In this document: positions 9,775-20,754 of the stretch, piece after piece
Numbering within the stretch: position 1 is the stretch's first letter
How the letters are laid out: each line of letters begins with the position of its first letter
Origin: Acidobacteriota bacterium
Lineage (GTDB): Bacteria > Acidobacteriota > UBA890 > WLXD01
Assembly: GCA_965248695.1 (NCBI GenBank)
Contig: CBDFKD010000002.1
Span: forward strand, 736,001-800,000
DNA length: 64,000 nt
Direction: 5' to 3'
Notes under the pieces: generated by a model
What the model was told of the DNA's origin: nothing
Seen by the model: only the letters and a program-made list of their open reading frames with translations
Databases searched by the model: none
Made by a program: the position numbers and the translations under genes

Positions 9775-10490
9775 ACGCCGATTCCATGCCACGAGTCCTG
9801 GTCGTCGAGGACGAGATCGATCTGGGCGACACGATCCGCGACAACCTCCTGGCCGAGGGCTGCCAGGTAGATTTGGCACGCTCCGGGTTGGAGTCGCTGG
9901 CGCTGGCGCGCGACCATCCCTACGACTTGATCCTCCTGGACGTGATGATGCCGCCACCGGACGGTTTTTCGGTCTGCGAGACCCTTCGTTGCGAGGGGCA
10001 CACGGTGCCGATCCTGTTTCTGACTGCGCGCGCCGGTCCACAAGATCGCATCCGTGGTCTCGAGGCCGGTGGCGACGACTACCTGACCAAGCCCTTCCAC
10101 CTGCGCGAGTTGTTGTTGCGCGTCAACGCCCTGCTGCGCCGCGGTACCGTTCGCGGCCAGGCACCGACAATCCGCTTCGGCGACAACCGCTTCGATCTAG
10201 AGACCGGGCGAGCGGTGGCCTGGGATGGAGCCGAGCATCGGGTCGCCGGTAGGGAAGCCGCCATCCTCGCCCTCTTGAGCGAACGGGAGAACGAGTCGCT
10301 GAGCCGTGACACGATTCTCCAGGAGGTCTGGCGCCACGACGTCTATCCGTCGACACGAGTGATCGATGAGCTCATCGACCGACTTCGGCGCCGCTTCGAG
10401 CCGCAGCCCGACCGGCCACGGCACTTTCACCGGGTAGCCGGACGCGAATACCGGTTCACTCGCGAGCCAAGAGGTAGCGAGTGCTCCTGA
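9771..10490 (+). CDS. OmpR/PhoB-family response regulator
   Basis: VLVVEDE, LLDVMMP, FLTAR, DDYLTKPF plus a winged-helix C-terminus; ATG overlaps the hemL stop. Confidence 0.9.
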   Translation: MNADSMPRVLVVEDEIDLGDTIRDNLLAEGCQVDLARSGLESLALARDHPYDLILLDVMMPPPDGFSVCETLRCEGHTVPILFLTARAGPQDRIRGLEAGGDDYLTKPFHLRELLLRVNALLRRGTVRGQAPTIRFGDNRFDLETGRAVAWDGAEHRVAGREAAILALLSERENESLSRDTILQEVWRHDVYPSTRVIDELIDRLRRRFEPQPDRPRHFHRVAGREYRFTREPRGSECS

Positions 10491-10670
10491 TCATAAGTAC
10501 GGTGACGTTTGCCGGAGCTTCGCTCCTGCCCTACGGGTGGCGGCGGGACCGGCCGTGTTGGGTGTCGCGGCTCCTCGACGATACACCCGGCATCGCCCTC
10601 GTCGCCGCTCCTACAAATCGTTCCAGTCGCGCTCGCCACAAACGTCACCGTACTCACAATCAGGAGCACT
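10480..10670. mobile_element. MITE-like element, 191 bp, with 32-bp terminal inverted repeats
   Basis: Left AGTGCTCCTGAT-cata-AGTACGGTGACGTTTG (10480-10511); right CAAACGTCACCGTACT-caca-ATCAGGAGCACT (10639-10670); the 12-bp and 16-bp blocks are perfect reverse complements. Confidence 0.75.
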
Positions 10671-10671
10671 A

Positions 10672-11745
10672 GTGCGAGATCTGATGGTGCGCGCCTTGCG
10701 CGCCGAGCCGGTGCCACGCCGACCGATCTGGTTAATGCGTCAGGCCGGGCGAATGCTGCCCGAGTATCGCCGCCTGCGCGAGCGTCACTCGTTCCTCGAG
10801 CTGTGCGCCCAGCCCGAGCTGGCGACCGAAGTAACGCTCATGCCGGTACAGCGCTTCCCGCTTGATGCCGCGATCGTCTTCGCCGACCTCATGAGCCCGG
10901 TGGCCGCCATGGGCATCGAGGTGAAGTTCGCGCCCGGTCCGATCGTCGATCAGCCGCTACGCGATGCCGCCGCGATCCGATCGTTGCTGCATCCGGACGC
11001 GCAGGAGATCGCACCCGAGGTGATCGAGACGATACGACTCGTTACCCGGGAGCTCGGCGGTCGCATTCCCGTCCTCGGGTTCGCCGGCGGTCCGTGGAGC
11101 ATTGCCGCCTATCTCGTACAAGGTGACGGCCGGCGGGAGTTCCCGGCCCTGCGCGCCATGGCCGCAGCCGAGCCCCGAGTACTGAACGACTTGCTTGCCC
11201 AACTGGCGGCGGTCTGCGCCGACTACCTCGTGGAGCAGGCTCGCGCCGGGGCGGCGGCGGTGCAGGTGTTCGAGACCTGGTCCGGCCTTCTGTCACGGCC
11301 CGATTGGGAGCGGCTGGTCAAGCCGCATCTGCGCACCCTGCTCGAGCGTGTCGGCCGCGCCGGCGTGCCGCGCATCCTGTTCCTCAAGCACGCGGCACAC
11401 CTCGTGGATGCAGCACTGGATCTTCCAGTGGAAGTACTCTCGGTTGACTGGCGCGTCGATCTGCCGACGCTTCAGCGCCGGCTGGGACCAGGACGCGCAG
11501 TACAGGGCAACCTCGACCCGGCCGTCCTTGTTGCTGGCCCGGAGGCGACTCGCGCCGCCGCCCGGACCCTCCTGGAGCGCACCGCACCGACAGGGCACGT
11601 GTTCAATCTCGGTCACGGCGTGCTGCCCGAGACGCCGCTGGACAGCGTCGAGGCGTTGATCGAAGAGGTCCACGCTGCCGGCGACAGTGTGCCGCCGGGG
11701 CCGGTCGCCAGTGCTAGCGCACCGGTGGAGGTACCGAATGGCTAA
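10672..11745 (+). CDS. hemE: Uroporphyrinogen decarboxylase
   Basis: PIWLMRQAGR, AAIVFADL, GFAGGPWS, QGNLDP, FNLGHGV; GTG start after AGGAG. Confidence 0.95.
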   Translation: MRDLMVRALRAEPVPRRPIWLMRQAGRMLPEYRRLRERHSFLELCAQPELATEVTLMPVQRFPLDAAIVFADLMSPVAAMGIEVKFAPGPIVDQPLRDAAAIRSLLHPDAQEIAPEVIETIRLVTRELGGRIPVLGFAGGPWSIAAYLVQGDGRREFPALRAMAAAEPRVLNDLLAQLAAVCADYLVEQARAGAAAVQVFETWSGLLSRPDWERLVKPHLRTLLERVGRAGVPRILFLKHAAHLVDAALDLPVEVLSVDWRVDLPTLQRRLGPGRAVQGNLDPAVLVAGPEATRAAARTLLERTAPTGHVFNLGHGVLPETPLDSVEALIEEVHAAGDSVPPGPVASASAPVEVPNG

Positions 11746-13150
11746 TCCGCACGAACCGTCCCCTGCGCCGCTCCGTGGTGTGACCGCAGAGTTGCTGGCC
11801 CGCTACGACCGGCCGGGACCTCGCTACACCAGCTACCCGACCGCCGTGGAGTTCGGCGAGATGGACGCCGAAGCGTACGCGGGCCTGCTTCGGGCAGCGG
11901 ACCGGCGCCCAGACGACCCGCTATCGGTCTACATGCACCTGCCGTTTTGTGCCGAACTGTGCTTGTTCTGTGCCTGTCACGTTGTCATCACGCCGCACTA
12001 CGAGCGCGCTCTGCCGTACTTGGACTGTGTGCGACGGGAGATCGATCTGCTCGGTGAGCACTTGTCGCACCGCCGGGGCATCGCGCAGCTGCACCTCGGT
12101 GGGGGCACGCCGACCTACTATCGGCCGGATGACTTGACCGCCCTGCTGTCTTACTTGCTGGAGCGCTTTCCGGCGCGCAGCGGTGCCGAGCTCGCGGTCG
12201 AGGTCGACCCGCGGGTGACCTCGCTGGAGCATATCGACGCGCTTGCGGATCTCGGCTTCAACCGGTTATCGATGGGGATCCAGGACTTCTCCCCGGACGT
12301 ACAGGAGGCGATCAACCGCCGCCAGGGCCGCGAGCCGACCGAGCGACTGCTCAGCCACGCGCGCGCGCGCGGCTTCAGGGGGCTCAACGCCGATCTGATC
12401 TACGGCCTTCCGCACCAGACGATGGAAGGATTCAGCTCCACCGTAGACGCCGTGATCGAGATGGATCTGGATCGCGTCGCCGTCTATTCGTTTGCCTTCG
12501 TGCCATGGATGAGGGGGCATCAACGCAAGTTGCAGGAGGAAACTTTCCCGGATCGGGCCACCAAGCTGGCACTCTTCGCCATGGCGCGGGAGCGTTTCCT
12601 CGAAGCTGGCTACGAGCCGGTCGGGATGGACCATTTCGCACGCTCCGATGATGAGCTTGCTCGCGCCCGGCGAACGCATGAGCTGCGACGCAACTTCCAG
12701 GGCTACAGCGTCATACCGGCCCCGGACGTGATTGGCCTCGGCGTCTCGGCCATCGGCGACGTCGGTGGCAGCTACGTGCAGAACGAAAAGAAGCTCTCGG
12801 GCTACCAGGCGGCCGTCGAGGCCGGGCTGCTGCCGATTCGAAAAGGGGTGCGCCGCCTCCCCGACGACGAGCTCCGGCGCCATGTTATCCACGAGCTGAT
12901 GTGCAACTTCAGGGTCGATATCGCCGCCGTGGAGAAGCGCTATGAGATCGACTTCCACGACTACTTCGAGGAGGACCTTCGGAGCCTCCAGCAACACGTA
13001 GAGGAAGGCACGGCTGAGATAACCGAAGGCACTATCCGCGCCACTCCATTGGGCGAGCTCTTCGTCCGCAACCTGGCCATGTGCTTCGACCGCTACTGGC
13101 GGGAGAAACACCAGCACGGAGGGAAGCCCGTCTTCAGCAAGACCGTCTGA
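11738..13150 (+). CDS. hemN: Oxygen-independent coproporphyrinogen III oxidase (radical SAM)
   Basis: GPRYTSYPTA, HLPFCAELCLFCAC (CxxxCxxC), GGGTPT, GMDHFA, RNFQGY. Confidence 0.95.
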   Translation: MANPHEPSPAPLRGVTAELLARYDRPGPRYTSYPTAVEFGEMDAEAYAGLLRAADRRPDDPLSVYMHLPFCAELCLFCACHVVITPHYERALPYLDCVRREIDLLGEHLSHRRGIAQLHLGGGTPTYYRPDDLTALLSYLLERFPARSGAELAVEVDPRVTSLEHIDALADLGFNRLSMGIQDFSPDVQEAINRRQGREPTERLLSHARARGFRGLNADLIYGLPHQTMEGFSSTVDAVIEMDLDRVAVYSFAFVPWMRGHQRKLQEETFPDRATKLALFAMARERFLEAGYEPVGMDHFARSDDELARARRTHELRRNFQGYSVIPAPDVIGLGVSAIGDVGGSYVQNEKKLSGYQAAVEAGLLPIRKGVRRLPDDELRRHVIHELMCNFRVDIAAVEKRYEIDFHDYFEEDLRSLQQHVEEGTAEITEGTIRATPLGELFVRNLAMCFDRYWREKHQHGGKPVFSKTV

Positions 13151-14562
13151 TGGCCAAGCGACTCGTGGTGATCGGCGGCGGCATCTCGGGGTTGGCGGCC
13201 GCGCATGCGGCTGCGGCGGAGACTGAGGGTGTGGAGATCGTCGTCCTCGAGCGCGCCTCCGAGGTGGGCGGTCGCTGCACCTCGCTACAGGAGGACGGCT
13301 GGCTCGTCGAGGGCGGTCCTGGTGGGTACCTCGACACCGAGCCGAGCGTCGTCGACCTGGTGCACCGCGCCGGGATCGAGGAAGAGCTAGTACGAGCCGA
13401 GCCCGGGGCAGCGCGCCGCTTTATTTACCGAAGCGGTCGACTTCACGAGATAGGGCCGAGTCTCCTCAAACCGTTGCGCAGCGGCTTGCTCGGCATCGGC
13501 GGCCTCCTCCGCGCCGCTGGGGAGCCGGTGGTTCCCCGGCGCAGCTCCGACGGTGAGGAGAGCATCCTCGAGTTCTGTCGTCGACGGTTCGGACGGCAGG
13601 TCGCCGAGCGCATCGTCCACACGGCCATGCTGGGGATCTTCGCTGGCGATGCCGCCCGGCTCTCGGTCGATGCCTGCTTTCCGGAGTTGCGGCAACTGGA
13701 GCGGGAGCACGGCTCTGTGCTGCGCGGCGCACTAGCGCGGCGGCGGGCAAGGCGGCGGCAGGCAGCGGAGAACGGCGCCCTGCCCAGCCGTAGGTTGACC
13801 TCCTTCCGAGGGGGCCTCCAGCAACTACCGCTGGCGCTCGCGCGTGATGCTCGCATCGACGTTCGAACCCGGGCCGCGGTGGTGGGGGTACGCAGGCTCG
13901 TCGACACCACCGAGCGGGAAGGCCACAAGCCAGGCGGCTATGTGCTCGAGATCCACGACGCTGCCCCGCTTCGAGCTGACGCAGTGGTCGTCGCCACACC
14001 CGTGCAGGTTGCCTCACGGCTGTTCGCGGAGCTGTCTCCCGAGGCCGGCCGGCTCCTCGGGCAGGTACCGGTGCCGCCGGTTGCGGTCGTCGCCCTAGGC
14101 TTCGCCGAACCGGCCGCGAGCCAGTTTCCACCGGGCTTCGGCGTGCTGGTGTCGCGCGGTGAGGGCGTGCGCATGCTTGGCTGCCTGTGGGAGTCGCATA
14201 TCTACCCGGGACGCAGCCCGGAGGGGAGCTTCTTGGCACGCGCAATGTTCGGCGGAGGTCTCGACCCCGCGGTTGCCGATCTGGACGACGAGAGGCTACT
14301 GGCGCTGGCCCGGTCGGAGCTGAGCACCGTGCTCGGCATCGATGCGGCGCCGGTCTTCAGCCGTATCGTCCGCTGGCCACACGCCATCCCCCAGTACGAG
14401 ATCGGCCACCTGGCCATCGTGCAACGTGTACGCAGCGAGCTGAGCTCCCTGCCAGGCGTTTTCCTTGCGGGTGATGCGCTCGAAGGGGTCTCCTTCCCCA
14501 AGACCGCGACAGCGGGGATTCGCCAGGGGACCAAGGCGGCCCGTCACCTCGCGGATCTATAG
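13150..14562 (+). CDS. hemY: Protoporphyrinogen oxidase (HemY-type FAD enzyme)
   Basis: VIGGGISGLAAA, EVGGR, GFGVLV, AIPQYEIGH. Confidence 0.88.
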   Translation: MAKRLVVIGGGISGLAAAHAAAAETEGVEIVVLERASEVGGRCTSLQEDGWLVEGGPGGYLDTEPSVVDLVHRAGIEEELVRAEPGAARRFIYRSGRLHEIGPSLLKPLRSGLLGIGGLLRAAGEPVVPRRSSDGEESILEFCRRRFGRQVAERIVHTAMLGIFAGDAARLSVDACFPELRQLEREHGSVLRGALARRRARRRQAAENGALPSRRLTSFRGGLQQLPLALARDARIDVRTRAAVVGVRRLVDTTEREGHKPGGYVLEIHDAAPLRADAVVVATPVQVASRLFAELSPEAGRLLGQVPVPPVAVVALGFAEPAASQFPPGFGVLVSRGEGVRMLGCLWESHIYPGRSPEGSFLARAMFGGGLDPAVADLDDERLLALARSELSTVLGIDAAPVFSRIVRWPHAIPQYEIGHLAIVQRVRSELSSLPGVFLAGDALEGVSFPKTATAGIRQGTKAARHLADL

Positions 14563-14671
14563 CTGGTCACGGTGCCAGTAAAGCGGCCCCTGTGGCCGGT
14601 CCCGCGGCCTTGAGCTCGTCGAGCTCCAGCGGAAGCCTCCGTGCCTTCCGGATCCGACCGCTCACCGTATC

Positions 14672-14698
14672 AGCAGGCGAGCCCCGACTCCGCCTGCT
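14672..14698. terminator. GC-rich hairpin between the convergent hemY and vapC genes
   Basis: AGCAGGCG (14672-14679) and CGCCTGCT (14691-14698); no U-tract. Confidence 0.35.
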
Positions 14699-14707
14699 CG
14701 AGCCCGG

Positions 14708-15115
14708 TCAGCCGAAGGGGTCGACGACGCGTACTCCGGCGGCCTCGAAGTCCCGTCGGTTACGGCTGGCAACCATCAAGTCATGCTCGAGCGCCGTGGC
14801 TGCGATCAGACTGTCCTTGATCGGCATTGATCGCCCCGTCTTGCGCAAATCGGCGAGGAGACGCGCCCACCGTAGGCCTGTGGAAGCCTCCCACGCCAGG
14901 CACCGGATTTGCCTCACGCCTGACTCGAACCAGTGCTCCAGTGCGCGGCGGCGCTTGCCGCCCGGTAACAGGAGCAGGCCGAAGCGAATCTCGCCGAGAA
15001 TCATGGGATCGACGGCAAGCTCACGTTCGTGGGCGTGCAGCCACGCGACCACCCGCGGTGCGGGCTCGGGCTTTGTTGCCTCGCTCAATACGTTGGCGTC
15101 AACCAGGTAGATCAA
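14708..15115 (-). CDS. vapC: VapC-family PIN-domain toxin
   Basis: YLVDANVLSE, GEIRFG, DSLIAATALEH, SRNRRDF. Confidence 0.92.
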   Translation of the reverse strand: MIYLVDANVLSEATKPEPAPRVVAWLHAHERELAVDPMILGEIRFGLLLLPGGKRRRALEHWFESGVRQIRCLAWEASTGLRWARLLADLRKTGRSMPIKDSLIAATALEHDLMVASRNRRDFEAAGVRVVDPFG

Positions 15116-15342
15116 AGCGCGTCGGTCGACTCTGACTCGATCGGAACGAAGTAGCCTTTGGCCGGACAGTCCAGCAGCCAGTCGACCAGCCCCTCGTTCG
15201 CTGGCGGCTCTCGTCTCACGAGCCGGTATTCGCCGCGATCGATGCGCTCGATCTCGAACTCCTGCCCGGGCTCAATCCCGTCCTGTTGGCGGAAGTCGGC
15301 TGGCACTACGATCTGACCTTTGGTCGAAATGGTTGTTCTCAT
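15112..15342 (-). CDS. AbrB/MazE/SpoVT-family antitoxin
   Basis: TTISTKGQIVVPADFR...GIEPGQE; 4-bp overlap with the toxin gene. Confidence 0.9.
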   Translation of the reverse strand: MRTTISTKGQIVVPADFRQQDGIEPGQEFEIERIDRGEYRLVRREPPANEGLVDWLLDCPAKGYFVPIESESTDAL

Positions 15343-15345
15343 TCG

Positions 15346-15364
15346 GGTAAGATATCGTCTTACC
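15346..15364 (-). promoter_or_regulatory. Palindromic operator over a probable leaderless promoter of the TA operon
   Basis: GGTAAGA-TATCG-TCTTACC inverted repeat; on the minus strand TATCTT lies 6 nt before the ATG and there is no RBS. Confidence 0.6.
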
Positions 15365-15562
15365 GATGGGATTTCGAGACAGTTCTGCCCTCATCCCAGT
15401 TAGACGGCCAGTTGACCTCGGCTAGCACCGGTACTCTGTGCTCACCCTCCTGCCGGACGGGAGCTACGGAGAATAGCCGATGAGCTCGTCTGCAAGCCGG
15501 CTAGTAGTAGCGCGACCCCGGACGGCAAGCCGATCTGAGCCATCGGCCTTGCCCGGTAGCCA

Positions 15563-16300
15563 TCACCGCTCGCTGCCTTGCCGGACCGCAGTGGCAGGGC
15601 TGCACCGTGGCCTCAGGAAGCTCTCCAGGAATGTGTCTAGCGGCTGTCCGTGGTCGACATCGTCTTCGCCCCAGGCGTGCGGCGGCGTTTCCTGGCGCGG
15701 CCAGAATCCCCACGGCCCCTGCGCCCCGACGTAGGCGATCATGCCGTCCGCATCGACGACGAACAGGCGCTCGGGCCAGGCGCTCCAGCGCTCAGCGACG
15801 GTGTCGTCCATCGAGTCGACAACGATGGGGAAGGGCAGCTCGAGCATGGCGCACGCCTGTCCGGCTGCGGCGCTGCGCTCGTCGCTGTTGCGGGCGTCGG
15901 CAATGATTGACCAGCCGGAATCGTCCATGCGCCAGCCGTCCGTCGAGTGGGCCTCGCGGATGTAGATCATGAGGAACTCGACACGGTCGCCGAAACGCTC
16001 GTGCAACGCGATGACGTCAACTGACGCCTTGGAGAACGGTCCTCAGGTCAGTGACCCGAAGACCAACACCACCGGCCGATGCCCTCGGTACGACGAAAGG
16101 CGCACGCTGCCGATCCCGTCGAAGCGTTGGAGCTCGAAATCCGGGCCCGTTTCGCCGACGACCGGGTGATTGTTCTGGCGCTCGGTGATCAGCGCGTAGC
16201 CGTCGGCTCTGTCGGTTACCGTCCTGCCGGCGAATCGATCCATCTCGCGTTGCTCCTCGTGACTACCGATCGTTTCTTTGACTTCGAGTCGATACTCCAT
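15563..16300 (-). CDS. Iodothyronine deiodinase-like selenoprotein (UGA=Sec at 16043-16045); start may be 16243
   Basis: Two ORF-track pieces join in frame across TGA: RPVVLVFGSLT-U-GPF...FLMIYIREAHSTDGW...WSAWPERLFVV; a hairpin follows the UGA. Confidence 0.88.
16013..16028 (-). promoter_or_regulatory. Putative bacterial SECIS hairpin
   Basis: GGCGUC-AGUU-GACGUC starting 14 nt after the UGA; GU in the apical loop. Confidence 0.65.
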
Positions 16301-16349
16301 TAGATACGGAACCTGGCTCGATTCCCATGCCCCCACGGAGGAGTCTCTG

Positions 16350-17680
16350 ATGACTCGTAGAAACCTGGTGTTGGCCTTCGTCTCGTTGCTCGTTCTCATC
16401 GTTCCGACACCGGGGGAGTCGCAAGAGGCGGAGCCCGTCCAGGTCATACGGGCCGGCCTCCTGGTGGATCCCGAGACGGGAACCGCGACGCCGGACCAGG
16501 TGATTCTCGTGCAGGGAGGCCGGATCGAGGCGGTGGTCTCGCCTGGCAGCGTCGACATCCCGGCCGACGCTGATGTCATCGACCTTTCCGATCTGACTGT
16601 CCTCGGCGGACTGGTCGACACCCACAATCACCTGGCGCTGACCTACAAGCAGGACCCCGAGAGCAACTACTACTACCTGACCTACGTCATGGATTCGACA
16701 CCGCTGCGGGCCATCCAGGCGGTGTCCAACGGCATGCAGATGCTGTCGTCGGGATTCACCGTCGTGCGCGACATGGGCAACAACGGCAACTACGCCGATA
16801 CCGCGTTGCGTCAGGCGATCGAGCAGGGATGGGTACCGGGGCCGACGATCATCAACTCGGGCATCATCATCGGCGGCATGGGCGGGCAGTTCTGGCCGAC
16901 GCCGGAGATGGGAATCGAGCACAACATCGTGTACCCCGAATACCTCGACGCGGATACCAACGACGAGATCGTCAAGGCGGTGCGCCAGAACATCCTCTAC
17001 GGGGCCACCGTCATCAAGATCTGTGTCGACTGCAAGCCGTATGGTTACACGGTCAGCGAGATGCAGCTGTTCGTCAGCGAGGCGGCGAAAGCCGGCATGA
17101 AGGTCGAGGGCCACGTGCAGACCCGCGACGGCGCCCGTCGCGCTATCGAGGCCGGGCTGTTCTCGCTAGCGCACTCGGAGGTTCTCGACGACGAGCTACA
17201 CAAAGCAATGGCGCTCAAAGGCATCTATCGCGCCGGTACCGAGACCCCCGCCATGCCCTACAACGGCACCTCGGAGGCGGACTTCGAGGATACCGTTGCT
17301 GGGCTTCGCAACGCTTTCGACAACGGCGTGCCGGTGACCTTCTCCACCGACGCCGACTACTACATCCCCGGGATGACGCGAGGCGAGTTGGTCATCGACT
17401 TCATCGAAACGTGGAAGGCGGCGGAGATCCCGGCTCCCGAGATCCTCAAGGCGATGACCACGACCGGCTACCGCTGTGCAGAGGTTTATGACGAGCGCGG
17501 CCCGATCAAGCCGGGCAACTACGCCGATCTGATCGCCGTGGAGGGCAACCCGCTACGCGACATCGACACGCTGCGTGACATCCGCTTCGTCATGCGCGAC
17601 GGCACGGTCTTCAAGCGTGATGGCGTCATGACGCCGGAGGCGTTTTTCCACGCCGGACCGGTGAACGGCTGGCGCATTCG

Positions 17681-17684
<4 letters not shown>
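16350..17684 (+). CDS. Secreted metal-dependent amidohydrolase (Xaa-Pro dipeptidase-like)
   Basis: Signal peptide; GLVDTHNH, GFTVVRDMG, EGH, FSTDAD, YADLIAVEGNPL. Confidence 0.85.
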
Positions 17685-19209
<1,525 letters not shown>

Positions 19210-19213
<4 letters not shown>

Positions 19214-19896
19214 TCTGACTCCGGCTGTTCGTCGCGACGGTTCGGTCCGACGGTGATTTCGGTAATGTGGAGGCTCAATTCCGCACCGGCACGCAATCCG
19301 ATGGTTCCTCCCACACTCACCTTCGTCCGCGGCACTTCGGCGACCTTCTCGTCGTTGACGTAGAAAGCGACTATCTCGTCCTTCGCGTCGATCGCAAGGA
19401 CGTTCTTTGCCGTTCCCTCAGGCGGTTCGGCGAGCCTCACGATGCCGGCGTGTTCGGTCCAGGGGACCGTCGCGCGAACCCCGTCGGGGGTGTGCTCGGC
19501 GACCCGGAAGCGTCCGTCATTGCGAATCTGGAACGAGGCGTAGGATGCCTGACCGTCGAGGTCTTGCCCGCCGAAGAACACCCCGTAAGCTGTGTCGACG
19601 GCATTGGCGCCATCGTCGCTGGGCGCGAACAAGAAAACCGTGCTGGTGATGCTGTAGTTGCCGGTAGCGAAGCTGGCCGGATCCCAGATCAGCCCAGCGG
19701 CCCCCGGGTGAACATGCCAGCCGGGGCGCATCACCACGAAGCCGCGCTCGACAGCCATGGCGTAGCCGTCGGCACGCGTTTCCCAGTGCGGCGGACGCTC
19801 GGAGTTGTGTCCCGACTGGGCGGGTGTTGCGGGTGTCGCGGTGCTCAGCACAGCTGTCAGGGCAACAAGGATCGTTGGCGCGCGTCTCATTGGCAT
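19210..19896 (-). CDS. Secreted hypothetical protein (possible beta-sandwich/ConA-like fold)
   Basis: Signal peptide; AYGVFFGG, FYVNDEKV; overlaps the downstream gene start. Confidence 0.6.
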
Positions 19897-19905
19897 GCCT
19901 CTGAC

Positions 19906-20754
19906 TCAGTGCCAGGTCACTTCCATCGCGAAGAAGTGATCGAACACCTGTCGGTTCGGGTGGTTGGCGTCGTTGCGCTCCGGACTGCGGATGAAGAAGT
20001 CGATCTGCTGGACCGCCGGGTTCACCGCCCCAGCTTCCACTCTTGGATCGTCCGGGGAGTAGGAAGTGCGCAACGTGTCGCGGTCGCGCATGCCCTGCGT
20101 GACCATGAAGTGGATTTGGTAGTCTTCGTACAGCGGCTCGCCGTTCAGAGTCGCCGAACCCGTGCCCCAGCCCGCCACGAAGAGCAGGCTCTTAGGCCAG
20201 TTGGCGTCGCCGCAGCCGGCGCTGCCGTGCTCGAACAGGTACGCGGCGATACCGCCATCCTGGCACGGTGAGAATTCCTCGAACTGTTCGAGATCGATCA
20301 CGTACGGGCCTTCCGGCAACTCCAGCTCGGCGCGGAACGCGCCGGTGTTGGCGATTTCGTCGACGTCGATCGAGACGGTCCCTCCAACCGGACGAACGGT
20401 GCTGCCGTCGTCGCCCATGTGGTCCCAGGGCGCTTCGTCCGACAGGGTGCCAACCTGGTGCACCCGGCCGCCGGTGAGGATGAAGCGACCGTCGTAGAGG
20501 TCGTGCTGGGCGGGTGCATACAAGCCCATCTCGGTGCCTGGCTGGTGCCGGGGGCCTCGTTCCGGCTCGGCTGGCGCGGGCGGCGGGGCCGGTGGCGATG
20601 CGCACGACACGGAAGCGATCAGCAGGCCGGTCATCAACGCGACAGTTCGGGTGGCGCAGCTGCCGGCGACCGAATGCAATGTCCGGGAGCGATCTTTCTT
20701 GGTTCCGGGTACAGCATGTGACACTGAGGTGGAACGCGCTTCGGGGCTACTCAT
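19906..20754 (-). CDS. Hypothetical lipoprotein
   Basis: LLIASVSC lipobox-like segment and a Pro-rich linker; operon-like spacing. The true start may be further downstream. Confidence 0.65.
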   Translation of the reverse strand: MSSPEARSTSVSHAVPGTKKDRSRTLHSVAGSCATRTVALMTGLLIASVSCASPPAPPPAPAEPERGPRHQPGTEMGLYAPAQHDLYDGRFILTGGRVHQVGTLSDEAPWDHMGDDGSTVRPVGGTVSIDVDEIANTGAFRAELELPEGPYVIDLEQFEEFSPCQDGGIAAYLFEHGSAGCGDANWPKSLLFVAGWGTGSATLNGEPLYEDYQIHFMVTQGMRDRDTLRTSYSPDDPRVEAGAVNPAVQQIDFFIRSPERNDANHPNRQVFDHFFAMEVTWH

